A stretch of DNA of 64,000 nucleotides from Abditibacteriaceae bacterium. GTDB lineage: Bacteria > Armatimonadota > Abditibacteriia > Abditibacteriales > Abditibacteriaceae. This document shows, piece after piece, positions 45,244 to 55,001 of the stretch. Under the pieces are notes generated by a model, which did not search any database, was not told the DNA's origin, and was given only the letters and a program-made list of their open reading frames with translations. Every line of letters starts with the position of its first letter. The first letter of the stretch is position 1. The stretch is taken from the NCBI GenBank assembly GCA_031425655.1, contig JANPJS010000312.1, positions 25,062-89,061 of the forward strand, written 5' to 3'. The translations under genes and the position numbers were made by a program.

Positions 45244-47712
45244 GTGGAATCGCGCACGCTCCGAATTCTCGAACTCGACAAAGTGATCGCAAAACTCGAC
45301 GCGCAGGCATCGAGTGCGCCCGGTCGCGCGCGGGTTGCGGCATTGGCGCCCGTTTCGCGCGCCGACGAAGCACGCAAGCGATTGGCGGAAACGGGTGAAG
45401 CGCGCCGCTTCATCGCCGCCGGCGCGCAGCCGCTTTTCGGCGGCCTGAGCGACGTTGGTGAACAATTGCAGCGCGCCGCAACACGCGCTCTGCTCGAAGC
45501 CGAAGACTTGCTCGCCGTCGCTTTGATGGCCGGTTGCGCGCGGCGTCTGCGCGAACTGGTTTTGGGGCGCGAGGCCGAAGATTATCCGATTCTGCATCGC
45601 CGCGTTCACTGGCTGGTGCCACATCCTGAAATTGAAAAAGCCATCACGTCGGCGATTGATGAAACGAGCGGCGAAGTCAAAGATGACGCTTTGCTGCGAT
45701 TGCTTAAAGCGCGGCGTGCCATGCGCACGGCGCAAAACGATATTCAGGAACGCCTGCGCCGTATGCTCTCTGATCCAAACGTCCAATCGGCGTTGCAGGA
45801 CGCCTTCGTGACCGTGCGCGACGGGCGCTATTGCTTGCCGGTGCGCTCCGACCGGCGTTCGCAAGTGCCGGGCATCGTCCACGACCGCAGCGGCAGCGGA
45901 GGCGCGCTTTTCGTCGAGCCGCAAGCCGTTGTCGAATTGAATAATCGCATCCGCGAACTTGTGGCCGAAGAGCGCGAAGCGATTTTAGAGATTCTCGGCA
46001 ACCTCTCAACGCGCGTCGGCGCGGCCAAAGACGACCTGTCCGCGATGCTCGAAGCCGCCGGCGACCTTGATTTCTGGTTCGCCAAAGCGCGACTTTCGCT
46101 GGCCATGAACGCAATCGAGCCGCTTCTCGATGACGACCCGAAACAAAGCGGCCTTTGCCTGCTTCAAGCGCGCCACCCTTTGATTGAAAACCCGGTGCCT
46201 AACGATATTTATTTAGGGACGCTGAGTGACGAGTTACGATTGACGAATGACGAGTCCACAGAGACAGAGGGAAACTCGTCACTCGTAACTCGTAACTCGT
46301 CACTGTTCGATGTTCTGCTCATCACCGGGCCGAACACGGGTGGCAAAACCGTGGTGATTAAAACGCTGGGGCTACTCACTTTGATGGCCGCCTGCGGCTT
46401 GCACATTCCGGCGAATGCGGGCAGCCGATTGGCGATTCCCGGCGCGATTTACGCCGATATTGGCGACGAGCAAAGCATCGAGCAGTCGCTTTCGACCTTC
46501 AGTTCGCATATCAAGCAGATTATTCATATTTTGCGGCGCGCGGGCGCGGGCGACTTGGTTTTGTTGGATGAAGTGGGCGCCGGCACCGATCCCGACGAAG
46601 GCGCGGCTTTGGCGAAATCGGTTTTGCGCGTTTTGGCGCGGCGCGGCGTGCGCGTTTTAGCGACGACGCATTACGGCGAATTAAAGCAATTCGCGCTCAG
46701 CGCCGAGCGCTTCAAAAATGCCAGCGTCGAATTCGACACGCAAACGCTGCGACCGACCTATCGTTTACGCATCGGCGTGCCCGGCGCCAGCAATGCTTTG
46801 GACATCGCAGCGCGTCTGGGAATGCCGCCGGAATTGGTGCAACGCGCGCGGCGTTATTTAGGCAAAGCGCGCTCGGAAGCCGAAACCGCGACGGTGCGCC
46901 TTGAGGAAACGCAGCGCGAACTCGAAGAGCAGCGCTTGGCCGCCGCCCGCGAGCGCGCCGAAGCCGAAAAGCTGCGCCGCGATTATGAAAAGCGTCTGGC
47001 CAAACTCGAATCGCGCGTGGACAAAGAACTCGAAGACGCGCAGCGCGAAGCCGCCCAAACCGTGCGCAAGGCGCAGGATGAGGCTAACGCGATTTTGCGC
47101 GAGCTACGCGGTGCCTCGTCCGGCGGGCGCGAATCGAAGCAAACCGAAGCGGCGCGCACGCGCTTGAAAACCTTGCGCGAGCGTGTGGACGCCGGGCAGG
47201 ACAAAAAAATCACGCGCGAAATTGCGCCACTGTCTGCACCACGCCTGCCGAATCCCTATCCGAAAAACGGTGAAACCGTGCGTTTGCGTTCGCTCAATCG
47301 TGAGGGCATTTTGCTGTCGCAGCCGAATCAAAATAAAGTGGAAGTGCGCGTCGGCGCGCTCAAAGTGCAGGTTGCCGCTCACGATGTCGAAGTCGTCGAG
47401 CAGCCACGCATCACGGCGGGCGGTGTGGCGGCGCTGCGACTTTCCAAAGCGGTCAGCGTGCCCGAAGAACTCAATCTTATTGGCAAAACCACCGACGAAG
47501 CCTTGCCGGAACTGGAAAAATATCTCGACGACGCGATTTTGGCCGAAGCCGAAGAAGTGCGCATCGTGCATGGCAAAGGCAGCGGGGTTTTGCGCGCGGC
47601 TGTGCAACGATTTTTAGGTCGCACGCGCGCCGTCCGCGAATTTCATCCGGCGCCGCCGCATTTAGGCGGCGAAGGCGCAACTATCGCGGTTTTGTCCGGC
47701 CCGGACGCTTAA
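45244..47712 (+). CDS. mutS2: Endonuclease MutS2
   Basis: HDRSGSG..FVEP, ARHPL, ITGPNTGGKT, DIGDEQSIEQSLSTFS, LLDEVGAGTDP.EG, C-terminal Smr (IVHGKGSGVLR). Confidence 0.95.
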   Translation: MESRTLRILELDKVIAKLDAQASSAPGRARVAALAPVSRADEARKRLAETGEARRFIAAGAQPLFGGLSDVGEQLQRAATRALLEAEDLLAVALMAGCARRLRELVLGREAEDYPILHRRVHWLVPHPEIEKAITSAIDETSGEVKDDALLRLLKARRAMRTAQNDIQERLRRMLSDPNVQSALQDAFVTVRDGRYCLPVRSDRRSQVPGIVHDRSGSGGALFVEPQAVVELNNRIRELVAEEREAILEILGNLSTRVGAAKDDLSAMLEAAGDLDFWFAKARLSLAMNAIEPLLDDDPKQSGLCLLQARHPLIENPVPNDIYLGTLSDELRLTNDESTETEGNSSLVTRNSSLFDVLLITGPNTGGKTVVIKTLGLLTLMAACGLHIPANAGSRLAIPGAIYADIGDEQSIEQSLSTFSSHIKQIIHILRRAGAGDLVLLDEVGAGTDPDEGAALAKSVLRVLARRGVRVLATTHYGELKQFALSAERFKNASVEFDTQTLRPTYRLRIGVPGASNALDIAARLGMPPELVQRARRYLGKARSEAETATVRLEETQRELEEQRLAAARERAEAEKLRRDYEKRLAKLESRVDKELEDAQREAAQTVRKAQDEANAILRELRGASSGGRESKQTEAARTRLKTLRERVDAGQDKKITREIAPLSAPRLPNPYPKNGETVRLRSLNREGILLSQPNQNKVEVRVGALKVQVAAHDVEVVEQPRITAGGVAALRLSKAVSVPEELNLIGKTTDEALPELEKYLDDAILAEAEEVRIVHGKGSGVLRAAVQRFLGRTRAVREFHPAPPHLGGEGATIAVLSGPDA
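46225..46304. repeat. Heptamer palindrome inserted in frame within mutS2
   Basis: AGTGACGAGTTACGATTGACGAATGACGAGT ... ACTCGTCACTCGTAACTCGTAACTCGTCACT. Confidence 0.88.
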
Positions 47713-47745
47713 CTCATTCCCGTAAAGAATGGAATCGGCGATTGG

Positions 47746-47850
47746 TGTAGGGACGCAACCTGTTGCGTCCTCTGCCGCGCCCATAACGTGTTGCCCAATG
47801 CATAACGTGAAGAGGCGCAAAACAAAGGCGCAACAGGTTCCGCCCCGACA
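47746..47850. repeat. Degenerate GTAG-type REP doublet
   Basis: TGTAGGGACGCAACCTGTTGCGTCC ... GGCGCAACAGGTTCCGCCCCGACA. Confidence 0.6.
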
Positions 47851-47856
47851 ATAGGC

Positions 47857-49713
47857 TCACGCGCTGTTTTTGTCAGCCCGGCGCCACGAGCGGTTCATGC
47901 GCCGGTTTAAATCGAACAAAATCACGCAGCCCATGCCGAAAATCACCGCGATGGAACGCAGCGCGTGCCACGGACTATAGGCTAAAACGTATTCATTAGC
48001 GACTTGATTCTGATATTGATAATCCCACGGACTAATGAGGGCGCCGAGCGCAAAAAATGGATGCCAAATCGCCGTTTCGTATTCAAAATCATTGCTGGGA
48101 GCCAGCCAATTTTGGATTATCGGCACCACGACCAGCCACACGAGTAGGGAAATGACCGCCAGCGCCATCGCGCTGACGGTGCTGCTGCATCGCCACGAAA
48201 GCCACAATCCCCACGCCGAAAAAAAGAACGCGCTGGCGCTCAGCAACAAGACCATCAGCACGGCGTAATCGAAGGCCGGGCCGTAATCGTTGTTGGTCTG
48301 CGACTCGCCGAATTGCAGCCAGCGCACGCACGGCGCCAAAAGCGGCGCGACCACCAAAAACAGGCTGCCGGCCATGATTAAGGGCGCGACGACTTTGCCG
48401 AAAATGATGTGGCGCGGCTCCATCAGCGATAAATGCAGCATTTCCCATGTGCCGTTTTCGCGTTCGCGCGATAAGGCTCCGGCGCCCATCAAAGGCACCG
48501 CGAGAGACATCAAAAACAAGCCCAATCCGCACGTCATGGCCCAGATCATGGTGCGCGAACGTGGCTCGGTCAGCACGTATAAAATGCTCCAGACATAAGC
48601 CAAAAGCCCAATTCCGGCAAAAACATACATGAATATCGAGGCGCGTTTGGGAAAGCGCCGCATACGCAGTTTGCCTTTGACTTCGCGCTGCAAGACCGGA
48701 TTCTGAAAATGCACGAGCTGTGCGAGGGGCATTTCCAAAACCGCGCGGGCCGTGCGCTCGGTTGGCTGCTGCGCAACGGCTTGCGGAGCCGGCGCGGCCA
48801 TCCACCGAAAGCGCCCGCCGCGAAAATTTAAATAACGCTTGCGCTCCATCCATTGCCCCAAATCGAAGTTGCGCCCGACTCCGCGCGCCGCTCCTCGCAG
48901 CAGCAAAAGCGAAGTCAGCAGCCAGACGGCGAGCGTAAACCACTGAGGATGAAAAAATTCAAAAGCGCTGCCAAATGTGGAGGCTGTCAAATCGTAAGCC
49001 TCGAAGCCGTCGAAAATCGCCATTTGAGCGCGCAGTGGGTTGAGGATGGTTAGTGCCGAGGCGAGAGCTTCGCCGACATCCTCCAGCCACAGAGGCAAGC
49101 TCACGATGTCACGACGTGTGATTCTCCAGATGTCGTAAGCGTAGCCGCTTGCCAGACCGCAAAGCACGATGGCAATCATGACGTTGCGAAAAGCGGCCAG
49201 ACTGCGCCGCGCGCGGGCCGAGAAAAACAAGCCCGCCGACGCGCAAAGCAATATCATCATCGCTTGCAGCGCAAGGGATTTAACGAATTCTTCGGGCGAA
49301 ACGCCGCCCATCATAAAGCACACGCCCATCACCGGCGCCACGGCCAACATCAGCAAAAGCGTGAAGGCAATCAGCGCCGCCAACTTGCCGCCGATGATGC
49401 GCGCCGAAGTCAATCCCGATAATTGCAAGGCTTCGAGCAAGCCGCGTTCGCGCTCCGCCGAAACGACCGAAGCCGCTAAAATCGGCACGACCAGCATCCA
49501 CGCCGTCATTTGCAAAATCTGCATGGCGCGAAAGATTTGATGCCCGCCTTCGCTAATCGAAACTGCGCCGGCCAAGTCGGCGGCAGCAGTGTCAGTGTAA
49601 GCCCAGCCCAGCAAGCAGGCTAACGACATGGCATAGAAAAACAGCAGCGCGAACGGTCGCCAACTGCGCCATCGCACTTGGGATTCGCGTTTGAAAACTG
49701 GGTTGAATTCCAT
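47857..49713 (-). CDS. Double-domain ABC-2-type permease
   Basis: Two NPV..RE and two ERE.G..E.L.L...I..GK motifs; many TM helices. Confidence 0.8.
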   Translation of the reverse strand: MEFNPVFKRESQVRWRSWRPFALLFFYAMSLACLLGWAYTDTAAADLAGAVSISEGGHQIFRAMQILQMTAWMLVVPILAASVVSAERERGLLEALQLSGLTSARIIGGKLAALIAFTLLLMLAVAPVMGVCFMMGGVSPEEFVKSLALQAMMILLCASAGLFFSARARRSLAAFRNVMIAIVLCGLASGYAYDIWRITRRDIVSLPLWLEDVGEALASALTILNPLRAQMAIFDGFEAYDLTASTFGSAFEFFHPQWFTLAVWLLTSLLLLRGAARGVGRNFDLGQWMERKRYLNFRGGRFRWMAAPAPQAVAQQPTERTARAVLEMPLAQLVHFQNPVLQREVKGKLRMRRFPKRASIFMYVFAGIGLLAYVWSILYVLTEPRSRTMIWAMTCGLGLFLMSLAVPLMGAGALSRERENGTWEMLHLSLMEPRHIIFGKVVAPLIMAGSLFLVVAPLLAPCVRWLQFGESQTNNDYGPAFDYAVLMVLLLSASAFFFSAWGLWLSWRCSSTVSAMALAVISLLVWLVVVPIIQNWLAPSNDFEYETAIWHPFFALGALISPWDYQYQNQVANEYVLAYSPWHALRSIAVIFGMGCVILFDLNRRMNRSWRRADKNSA

Positions 49714-49721
49714 AATAAGTT

Positions 49722-49893
49722 GGCAGACGGCGGACGGCGGGCGGCAGGCGGCAGACGGCGGGAGGCAGTGAAATCGAAAGCGTGGCGGAAATGCGCAGAA
49801 GTTGTATTTTCGCCAAATCGCTTGTCCGCCTCCTGCCTCCTACCTCCTGCCTCCTGCCTCCTGCCTCCCGCCGTCCGCCGTCCGCCGTCCGCC
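49722..49893. repeat. Heptamer-repeat palindrome (GGCRGRC)n / (CCTCCTG, CCGTCCG)n
   Basis: ggcagac ggcggac ggcgggc ggcaggc ... cctcctg cctccta cctcctg ... ccgtccg ccgtccg. Confidence 0.85.
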
Positions 49894-51468
49894 TCACTTT
49901 TCCTTTGGCGCGTCGCGCAGGATTCGATGCGTGGCCAGCAGCAATAGTTCGCCTGCGACGAGAAGCGCGCTGGCGGCGCCCAAAGCCGCAAGCGGCGAAA
50001 AATGCCACGCGATGTAGACCGGCGCAAAACACTGCGCCAACACGAGGCTAATCACCGTCCAGTTGGTCGCCGTCGCGCTTTTTGGCACGACTGCCGACCA
50101 GAACAAGCCGATATTGGCCCACAGCCACGCTTCGGCGAAAACCACAAGCACGGTCGTGACAGCGGTTTCGGGCGACACGCCGCCGAATAAGCAGGGCAAC
50201 AGTCCGGGCAGAAGAAACAGCGACCAGTAACCGCAGCCAAAAAGCACGCCCCACAACTTGCCGCCGATGATTTCGCGTGCCGTCAGCGGCGTCAGCCAGA
50301 GCGCCTGCCAGTGTCCGGCTTCGCGTTCGCCGGACAGCAGCGAGGCGGCGGGAATCGCCGCCGTAATCACCACTGCAAAAAGCCACGGATAAACGATCAG
50401 CCACCATACAACGTTACGGCTTTCGGAACTGAACCACGCCAGCGCCGAAAGCGGCATCACATAGAAGCAATATGCCAGCATCAACAAACTCGGCCCGGCT
50501 TCAGTGCTCCCGACTTTGTAACCCGAAGCCAACTTGACACGCGCCCGCGCCGTGCGCTGCATCACGGGATTTTCAAAGCGCAGCCACGCCGGAGCATCGC
50601 GGCGCTGCTTTACGCCTACGATTTCGCCGCTTGGCCCGACTTGCCGTGCGGGCGCAGTTGAGGGCGTGGCAAAAACCGCTCGCTTTTCCGGTTCCAGCAC
50701 GGCGCCCACGCCGCGCCCCGCGTAGCGCACCCGCTCGATGGTAACCAGAGCATGAAGCGCCAGATAGCTGAGCAAGCTGACCGGCGTCAAGTCGGTGCCG
50801 CCGCCGACAATTTTTGAAAATGCCCACAGCGGGCTGACGAGAATATCAACGATTGAGGCGAACGGCTGCAAGATGAGGAATACGATTTGCCACACCGCCG
50901 CCGCGCGCAAAGCCGCGCCGATGGCGCCTCCACTGCGCCGGCTCCACGCCGAGACCGCTAAGCCGATGGCCGCGCCCGAAGCCGCCGCGCCCGCGTGCAA
51001 CACGAAGGCCGCGAAAAACTCAACCGGGGAAACTCCGCCCAACAAAAAGCAAATCGCGATGGCCGGCAGAGGCACTAAAAGCAGCAAAACCACCAGCGAC
51101 ATCGCGCTCAGCCATTTGCCCCACGCGATGCTGCGCGGGTGCATTTGCGTCAAAACCACGCCTTCGAGCAAGCCGTTTTCGCGCTCGCCGGAAATGCTGC
51201 CCGCCGTCAGCGCCGGGCCTAAAACCAGCCACGCGAAAAGCTGCGTATTGGTCAACGTCTCGAAAATATCGCGGCTCAGCGTCGTCGAAAAATCCGCCTC
51301 GCCTCGATAAGTCGCCGAAAGGCACTGCAAAGCCACTCCGCCCACTAAAATCGTGGCGTAGGCGGCGACCAAAACGAACGCGACCGGATGTCGCCAGCGC
51401 GCCTGCATTTCGCGCCACAGCACGGGATTCGCATCCTGAAAAAAGTCTTGGCGGAATCGTGAAAACAA
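49894..51468 (-). CDS. Double-domain ABC-2-type permease
   Basis: NPVLWRE, GERENGLLE..GK, second NPV and GEREAG..GK; start uncertain (TTG 51468 chosen to avoid overlap). Confidence 0.78.
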   Translation of the reverse strand: MFSRFRQDFFQDANPVLWREMQARWRHPVAFVLVAAYATILVGGVALQCLSATYRGEADFSTTLSRDIFETLTNTQLFAWLVLGPALTAGSISGERENGLLEGVVLTQMHPRSIAWGKWLSAMSLVVLLLLVPLPAIAICFLLGGVSPVEFFAAFVLHAGAAASGAAIGLAVSAWSRRSGGAIGAALRAAAVWQIVFLILQPFASIVDILVSPLWAFSKIVGGGTDLTPVSLLSYLALHALVTIERVRYAGRGVGAVLEPEKRAVFATPSTAPARQVGPSGEIVGVKQRRDAPAWLRFENPVMQRTARARVKLASGYKVGSTEAGPSLLMLAYCFYVMPLSALAWFSSESRNVVWWLIVYPWLFAVVITAAIPAASLLSGEREAGHWQALWLTPLTAREIIGGKLWGVLFGCGYWSLFLLPGLLPCLFGGVSPETAVTTVLVVFAEAWLWANIGLFWSAVVPKSATATNWTVISLVLAQCFAPVYIAWHFSPLAALGAASALLVAGELLLLATHRILRDAPKEK

Positions 51469-51472
51469 GGCT

Positions 51473-52615
51473 TTAACTCTGCGCGAAAGTCGCGCAATGC
51501 CGCTCGATGGCGCTGATAATTTGCTGCTCGTCGGCGTTAACCACGCCGTCAAGCCCGGCTACGCGACGGCACTGCGCCAAAAGCGCAACCGAAAAATCGC
51601 AGTCCAGTTGTGCCAGCAATTCAGCCGGCGAATGCGGCTGCCCAAACTCGTCGGCCATGACTTGCAGTGCCGCATCGCCCAGCCCCGACAAGCGCAGTCC
51701 ACCTTCGATTTGCGCCCACGCCAAACCGGGATTCCCGGCCCGCGCGATGTGCGCCAAAACCCGATGAAAAACTTCGTCCTGCCGCGCGGCGTGCTCCAAA
51801 TAAGCATCGCTTTTCGCCTGCAAATCGCCCGGAGAATTGTCGCCGAATTTTTGCGATTGCGCTTCGTAATAATGCCGCGCGGCGTGGCCCAGCGTGAAAA
51901 TCATCAGCGCGTTGGTGCCCGCGCCGATGGCGGCGCCGACGAACGGCATTTGTTTCGAGGCGGCTTTTGCCCCGACTTCCTGGGCGATTTTGCGCGCGGC
52001 TAATTTTCGTCCTAAAACCCCGGCGGCTTTGGCACCGCCGAACGCCACGCCGAAAATAGCCGCGATTTCGCCTTGCCGCGCCGGATCGCGCAAATCGAGA
52101 TCGTAAGCGGCGGCGATTTGATAGGCCAACTCGGCTTGCAACGTCGCGCAAAGCGTCCAATCGAGCGGCGCGAGCAACAGCGAAACGCCGGGCACCGCGC
52201 TCGTTGCCAGTCCGATGCTGCCGGCGTAAAGCGCCTTCTTTTGCGTCAAGCGCGCCGCGATTTGGCCCGGCGTTTCGCCCAGATGGCGCGCCCGCATTTC
52301 CGCGACGGCGGTCTTTGCCGCTTCGATGTCCACTTTGTCCAAAGCATCCACCAAAGCGGCGGCGCCAAGTGGTCGCAGCCATTTGAGCAAATGCGGATGC
52401 TCGCGCAGCAATCGCACGCCGGCGCTGCCCGCATTCGTGGCAGCTTCTAAAGCGGCGCCGGCTTTGCCTGCCGCGCCGTGCAACAATCGCCCGGCACCCG
52501 CTCCGGCGATTTTCGCACCTCGTTCAGCGGCGCTTATCAACGCACCGGCGCGGCGCGGTTTTGAGTTTGGCGGGTCTGTGGAATCGGAAGGTGAATTGTG
52601 CGTGTCGTCGGACAT
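51473..52615 (-). CDS. EcsC/DUF697-like protein with TerB-like C-terminus
   Basis: QAELAYQIAAAY..D, PFVGAAIGAGTN...LG..A..YY; C-terminal VAGLDGVVNADEQQII. Confidence 0.65.
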   Translation of the reverse strand: MSDDTHNSPSDSTDPPNSKPRRAGALISAAERGAKIAGAGAGRLLHGAAGKAGAALEAATNAGSAGVRLLREHPHLLKWLRPLGAAALVDALDKVDIEAAKTAVAEMRARHLGETPGQIAARLTQKKALYAGSIGLATSAVPGVSLLLAPLDWTLCATLQAELAYQIAAAYDLDLRDPARQGEIAAIFGVAFGGAKAAGVLGRKLAARKIAQEVGAKAASKQMPFVGAAIGAGTNALMIFTLGHAARHYYEAQSQKFGDNSPGDLQAKSDAYLEHAARQDEVFHRVLAHIARAGNPGLAWAQIEGGLRLSGLGDAALQVMADEFGQPHSPAELLAQLDCDFSVALLAQCRRVAGLDGVVNADEQQIISAIERHCATFAQS

Positions 52616-52624
52616 AAGAAGCCT

Positions 52625-54754
52625 TTATTTTTCGTCGCGGAATTTCTGACGCATCAGCGCCGCGAGAATCAGTAACAATATCGTGCCGGTCATCAACATG
52701 GTCAGAGGAGAAAGCAAAATGCCGCGCTGCTCTTCACGAAAGTTTTCCATCGCGTCGCGGTATTGGGCATCAAATGTTGCTTGCTGTTCGCGCAAACTCC
52801 GCTTCTCTTTTTCAACTAGAGCGACATAAGCTCGCCACTCTTCTTTAGGAAAATAAGACCGCTGTCGCTCATAGTAACTGGGTGAAGGGGGCGGCACGAC
52901 GTTACGAAACGGCTCAGCCTTCACCAGACCATCAAGCGCGATGATCGGCGACCTAAATGCGTTGCCAAAAGGAACAGTCATCGCGATGGCTAAAAACGCT
53001 CCGCTCACGAGGCTGAGGCCCACCGCTAACGGCGTGCGACGACTCAGCCATGAGATAAACAACGCCGCGCAACCGGCAGCAAAAGCCGTGCTGAGCAAGA
53101 TGCCGAGAACCACCGCAAAATGCCAGAGCGTGAATGTGATTTGGTTTTGGTAGCCTCTGAAACTGATGACTTCGGCGTTTCCCAGACATAGCCAAAACGC
53201 GGGCCACAAAGGCAGCGAAAGCGCGACGATTCCGATGACTAACGGCCAGATTTTGCCATGCAAAATCTGGCCGGGTTGCAGCAGCGTCATTTTCAAGCCT
53301 TCCCACGTTCCGCCTTCGCGTTCGCGCGTAAAAGCGCCCGCGCCCGAAACGCTGGCATAAAGCGTCAGCAGCGCCAATCCGAGATAAGAAAAGCGTTTCC
53401 ATGCCTCGTCACGATGCAGTCCTTCCATCACGTCGGCCAGCGTTTGAATATAAAACAGCAGCGGCACCACGACCAAAGCGGCGCGGATAATCCACAACCA
53501 CCACGCTCCGGCGCGCAAGCGAGTTTTGCCGCGCAGTTCGCGTCCGAACACCGGATTGTCGAAGCTGCGCCCCGACAAGAGCGGCATTTCTGCGAACAAC
53601 GCCTGCCGCGCCTTGCGGCCCATCGCGCTTTGCTTACCCGAATTTCGCCGTTCGAGGCGCTTTTTCCAGCGCGCCACCCAATCGCGGCGCACGAAAGTCG
53701 GGTCGGGCAGCAGCTTTTTGGTGCCGCGCACCGCAAGCGCGAAAAACAACAGCGACAAGGCCGCCAGCGCCGCCAGATTTAACGCCCACTGCGATTCACG
53801 ATCTATAGTGGTGTAGGGCGGCACCCAGACTGGCGCCGGAATCACAATTTTAGTGTTGCCGTTGCGCATAGTCGGCACCGCGAAGCCGCCGGGGAAACCC
53901 CCGTAAGCGGGTGCAAATGGCGCGTCTTCGTCGTTCTCGCGCGTTGGCCATTGGAATTCTGCGCCATTGAAACCGTTCATCGCCCACGCCGGATGCGCGA
54001 GTTCGGCCACGGCGCAAGCGCGTTTCAGCATCAACGGCAGAGTCTCGAAAAACTGCGGTTTGGCACTGGAAAACGCGGCCACACTCGTCCAGATCACGAG
54101 AAACAGCAGAGTATCACGCAAGGCCGCCGCCGGACGATGGCGGCGACTGGAAAAATACAATCCGAGAACCGAGCCAAAAACCGCAGTCAGAGCGATAGTC
54201 AGGCTCATGCGCGCGAAATCCTGCGGCGTGAAGCCGCCGAAGAAAAAGCAAATCGCCGTGACGGGAAGCGGCACCAAAAACAGCAGCGCCATAAACGAAA
54301 GAATAGAAAGCCACTTGCCCAGCACCACGCGCCGCGCCGGCAGATTCGCCATTTGCAAGGCTTCGAGCAATCCGCGTTCGCGCTCGCCGGCGATGGCTCC
54401 CGCCGCCGTCGCCGGCGCGATGAGCAGCCATGTCATAACTTGCAGCAGCGCTAATCCGAAGAATAAATCGCGCCCCAATACCGCCATTTGGCCGCCGACG
54501 GAAACAGTGGAAACCACAGCGGGGGGTGGGAATCCGGCTATTGCCGGGCCGCTGAAAATTTGCTGCTCTTCAAAACTGGTCGGCGCTTTATCGGCGTAAG
54601 TCAGCGCCATGCCGAGTGCCAGCGGCGCGGCGTAGAAAAACAACGTCAAAAACGCCGCCGGACGCCGCCAGCGAGCGCGCAATTCGCGGCGAAAAACCGG
54701 ATTCGGCTCGCAAAGCGATCTGACTATTTCAATCAAACGAGCGGCAAAACGCAT
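52625..54754 (-). CDS. Double-domain ABC-2-type permease
   Basis: NPVFRRE, GERERGLLE..GK, NPVFGRE, REREGGTWE..GK. Confidence 0.8.
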   Translation of the reverse strand: MRFAARLIEIVRSLCEPNPVFRRELRARWRRPAAFLTLFFYAAPLALGMALTYADKAPTSFEEQQIFSGPAIAGFPPPAVVSTVSVGGQMAVLGRDLFFGLALLQVMTWLLIAPATAAGAIAGERERGLLEALQMANLPARRVVLGKWLSILSFMALLFLVPLPVTAICFFFGGFTPQDFARMSLTIALTAVFGSVLGLYFSSRRHRPAAALRDTLLFLVIWTSVAAFSSAKPQFFETLPLMLKRACAVAELAHPAWAMNGFNGAEFQWPTRENDEDAPFAPAYGGFPGGFAVPTMRNGNTKIVIPAPVWVPPYTTIDRESQWALNLAALAALSLLFFALAVRGTKKLLPDPTFVRRDWVARWKKRLERRNSGKQSAMGRKARQALFAEMPLLSGRSFDNPVFGRELRGKTRLRAGAWWLWIIRAALVVVPLLFYIQTLADVMEGLHRDEAWKRFSYLGLALLTLYASVSGAGAFTREREGGTWEGLKMTLLQPGQILHGKIWPLVIGIVALSLPLWPAFWLCLGNAEVISFRGYQNQITFTLWHFAVVLGILLSTAFAAGCAALFISWLSRRTPLAVGLSLVSGAFLAIAMTVPFGNAFRSPIIALDGLVKAEPFRNVVPPPSPSYYERQRSYFPKEEWRAYVALVEKEKRSLREQQATFDAQYRDAMENFREEQRGILLSPLTMLMTGTILLLILAALMRQKFRDEK

Positions 54755-54826
54755 GATGATTTTCTTGAAGAACTCTGTGCATTATAAGGCTTGCCGGTGT
54801 GCGGCGCGCTGTTCGGGTGAATGGCA

Positions 54827-54935
54827 CCCGCCCATAAATGGGCAGGCTGAAACACGAAGCCCTGCCGGGCTATGCCAAAGTCCCTGAACAGTCTCGAAGA
54901 GGCTTTGTATCTCAGCCCGCCCCTTCATGGGCGGG
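54827..54935. repeat. REP-like palindromic element
   Basis: CCCGCCCATAAATGGGCAGGCTGA ... TCAGCCCGCCCCTTCATGGGCGGG. Confidence 0.6.
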
Positions 54936-55001
54936 CGGCACTCGCTGTGCGGCACTCGCTATAATGATTCCCAACCTTACCTCACTTTCTACGGAGACTT
55001 A

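Noticed and set aside
49592..50051. ORFs with RRQEAGG or LPPAS repeats
   Set aside because: Translations of the heptamer palindrome.
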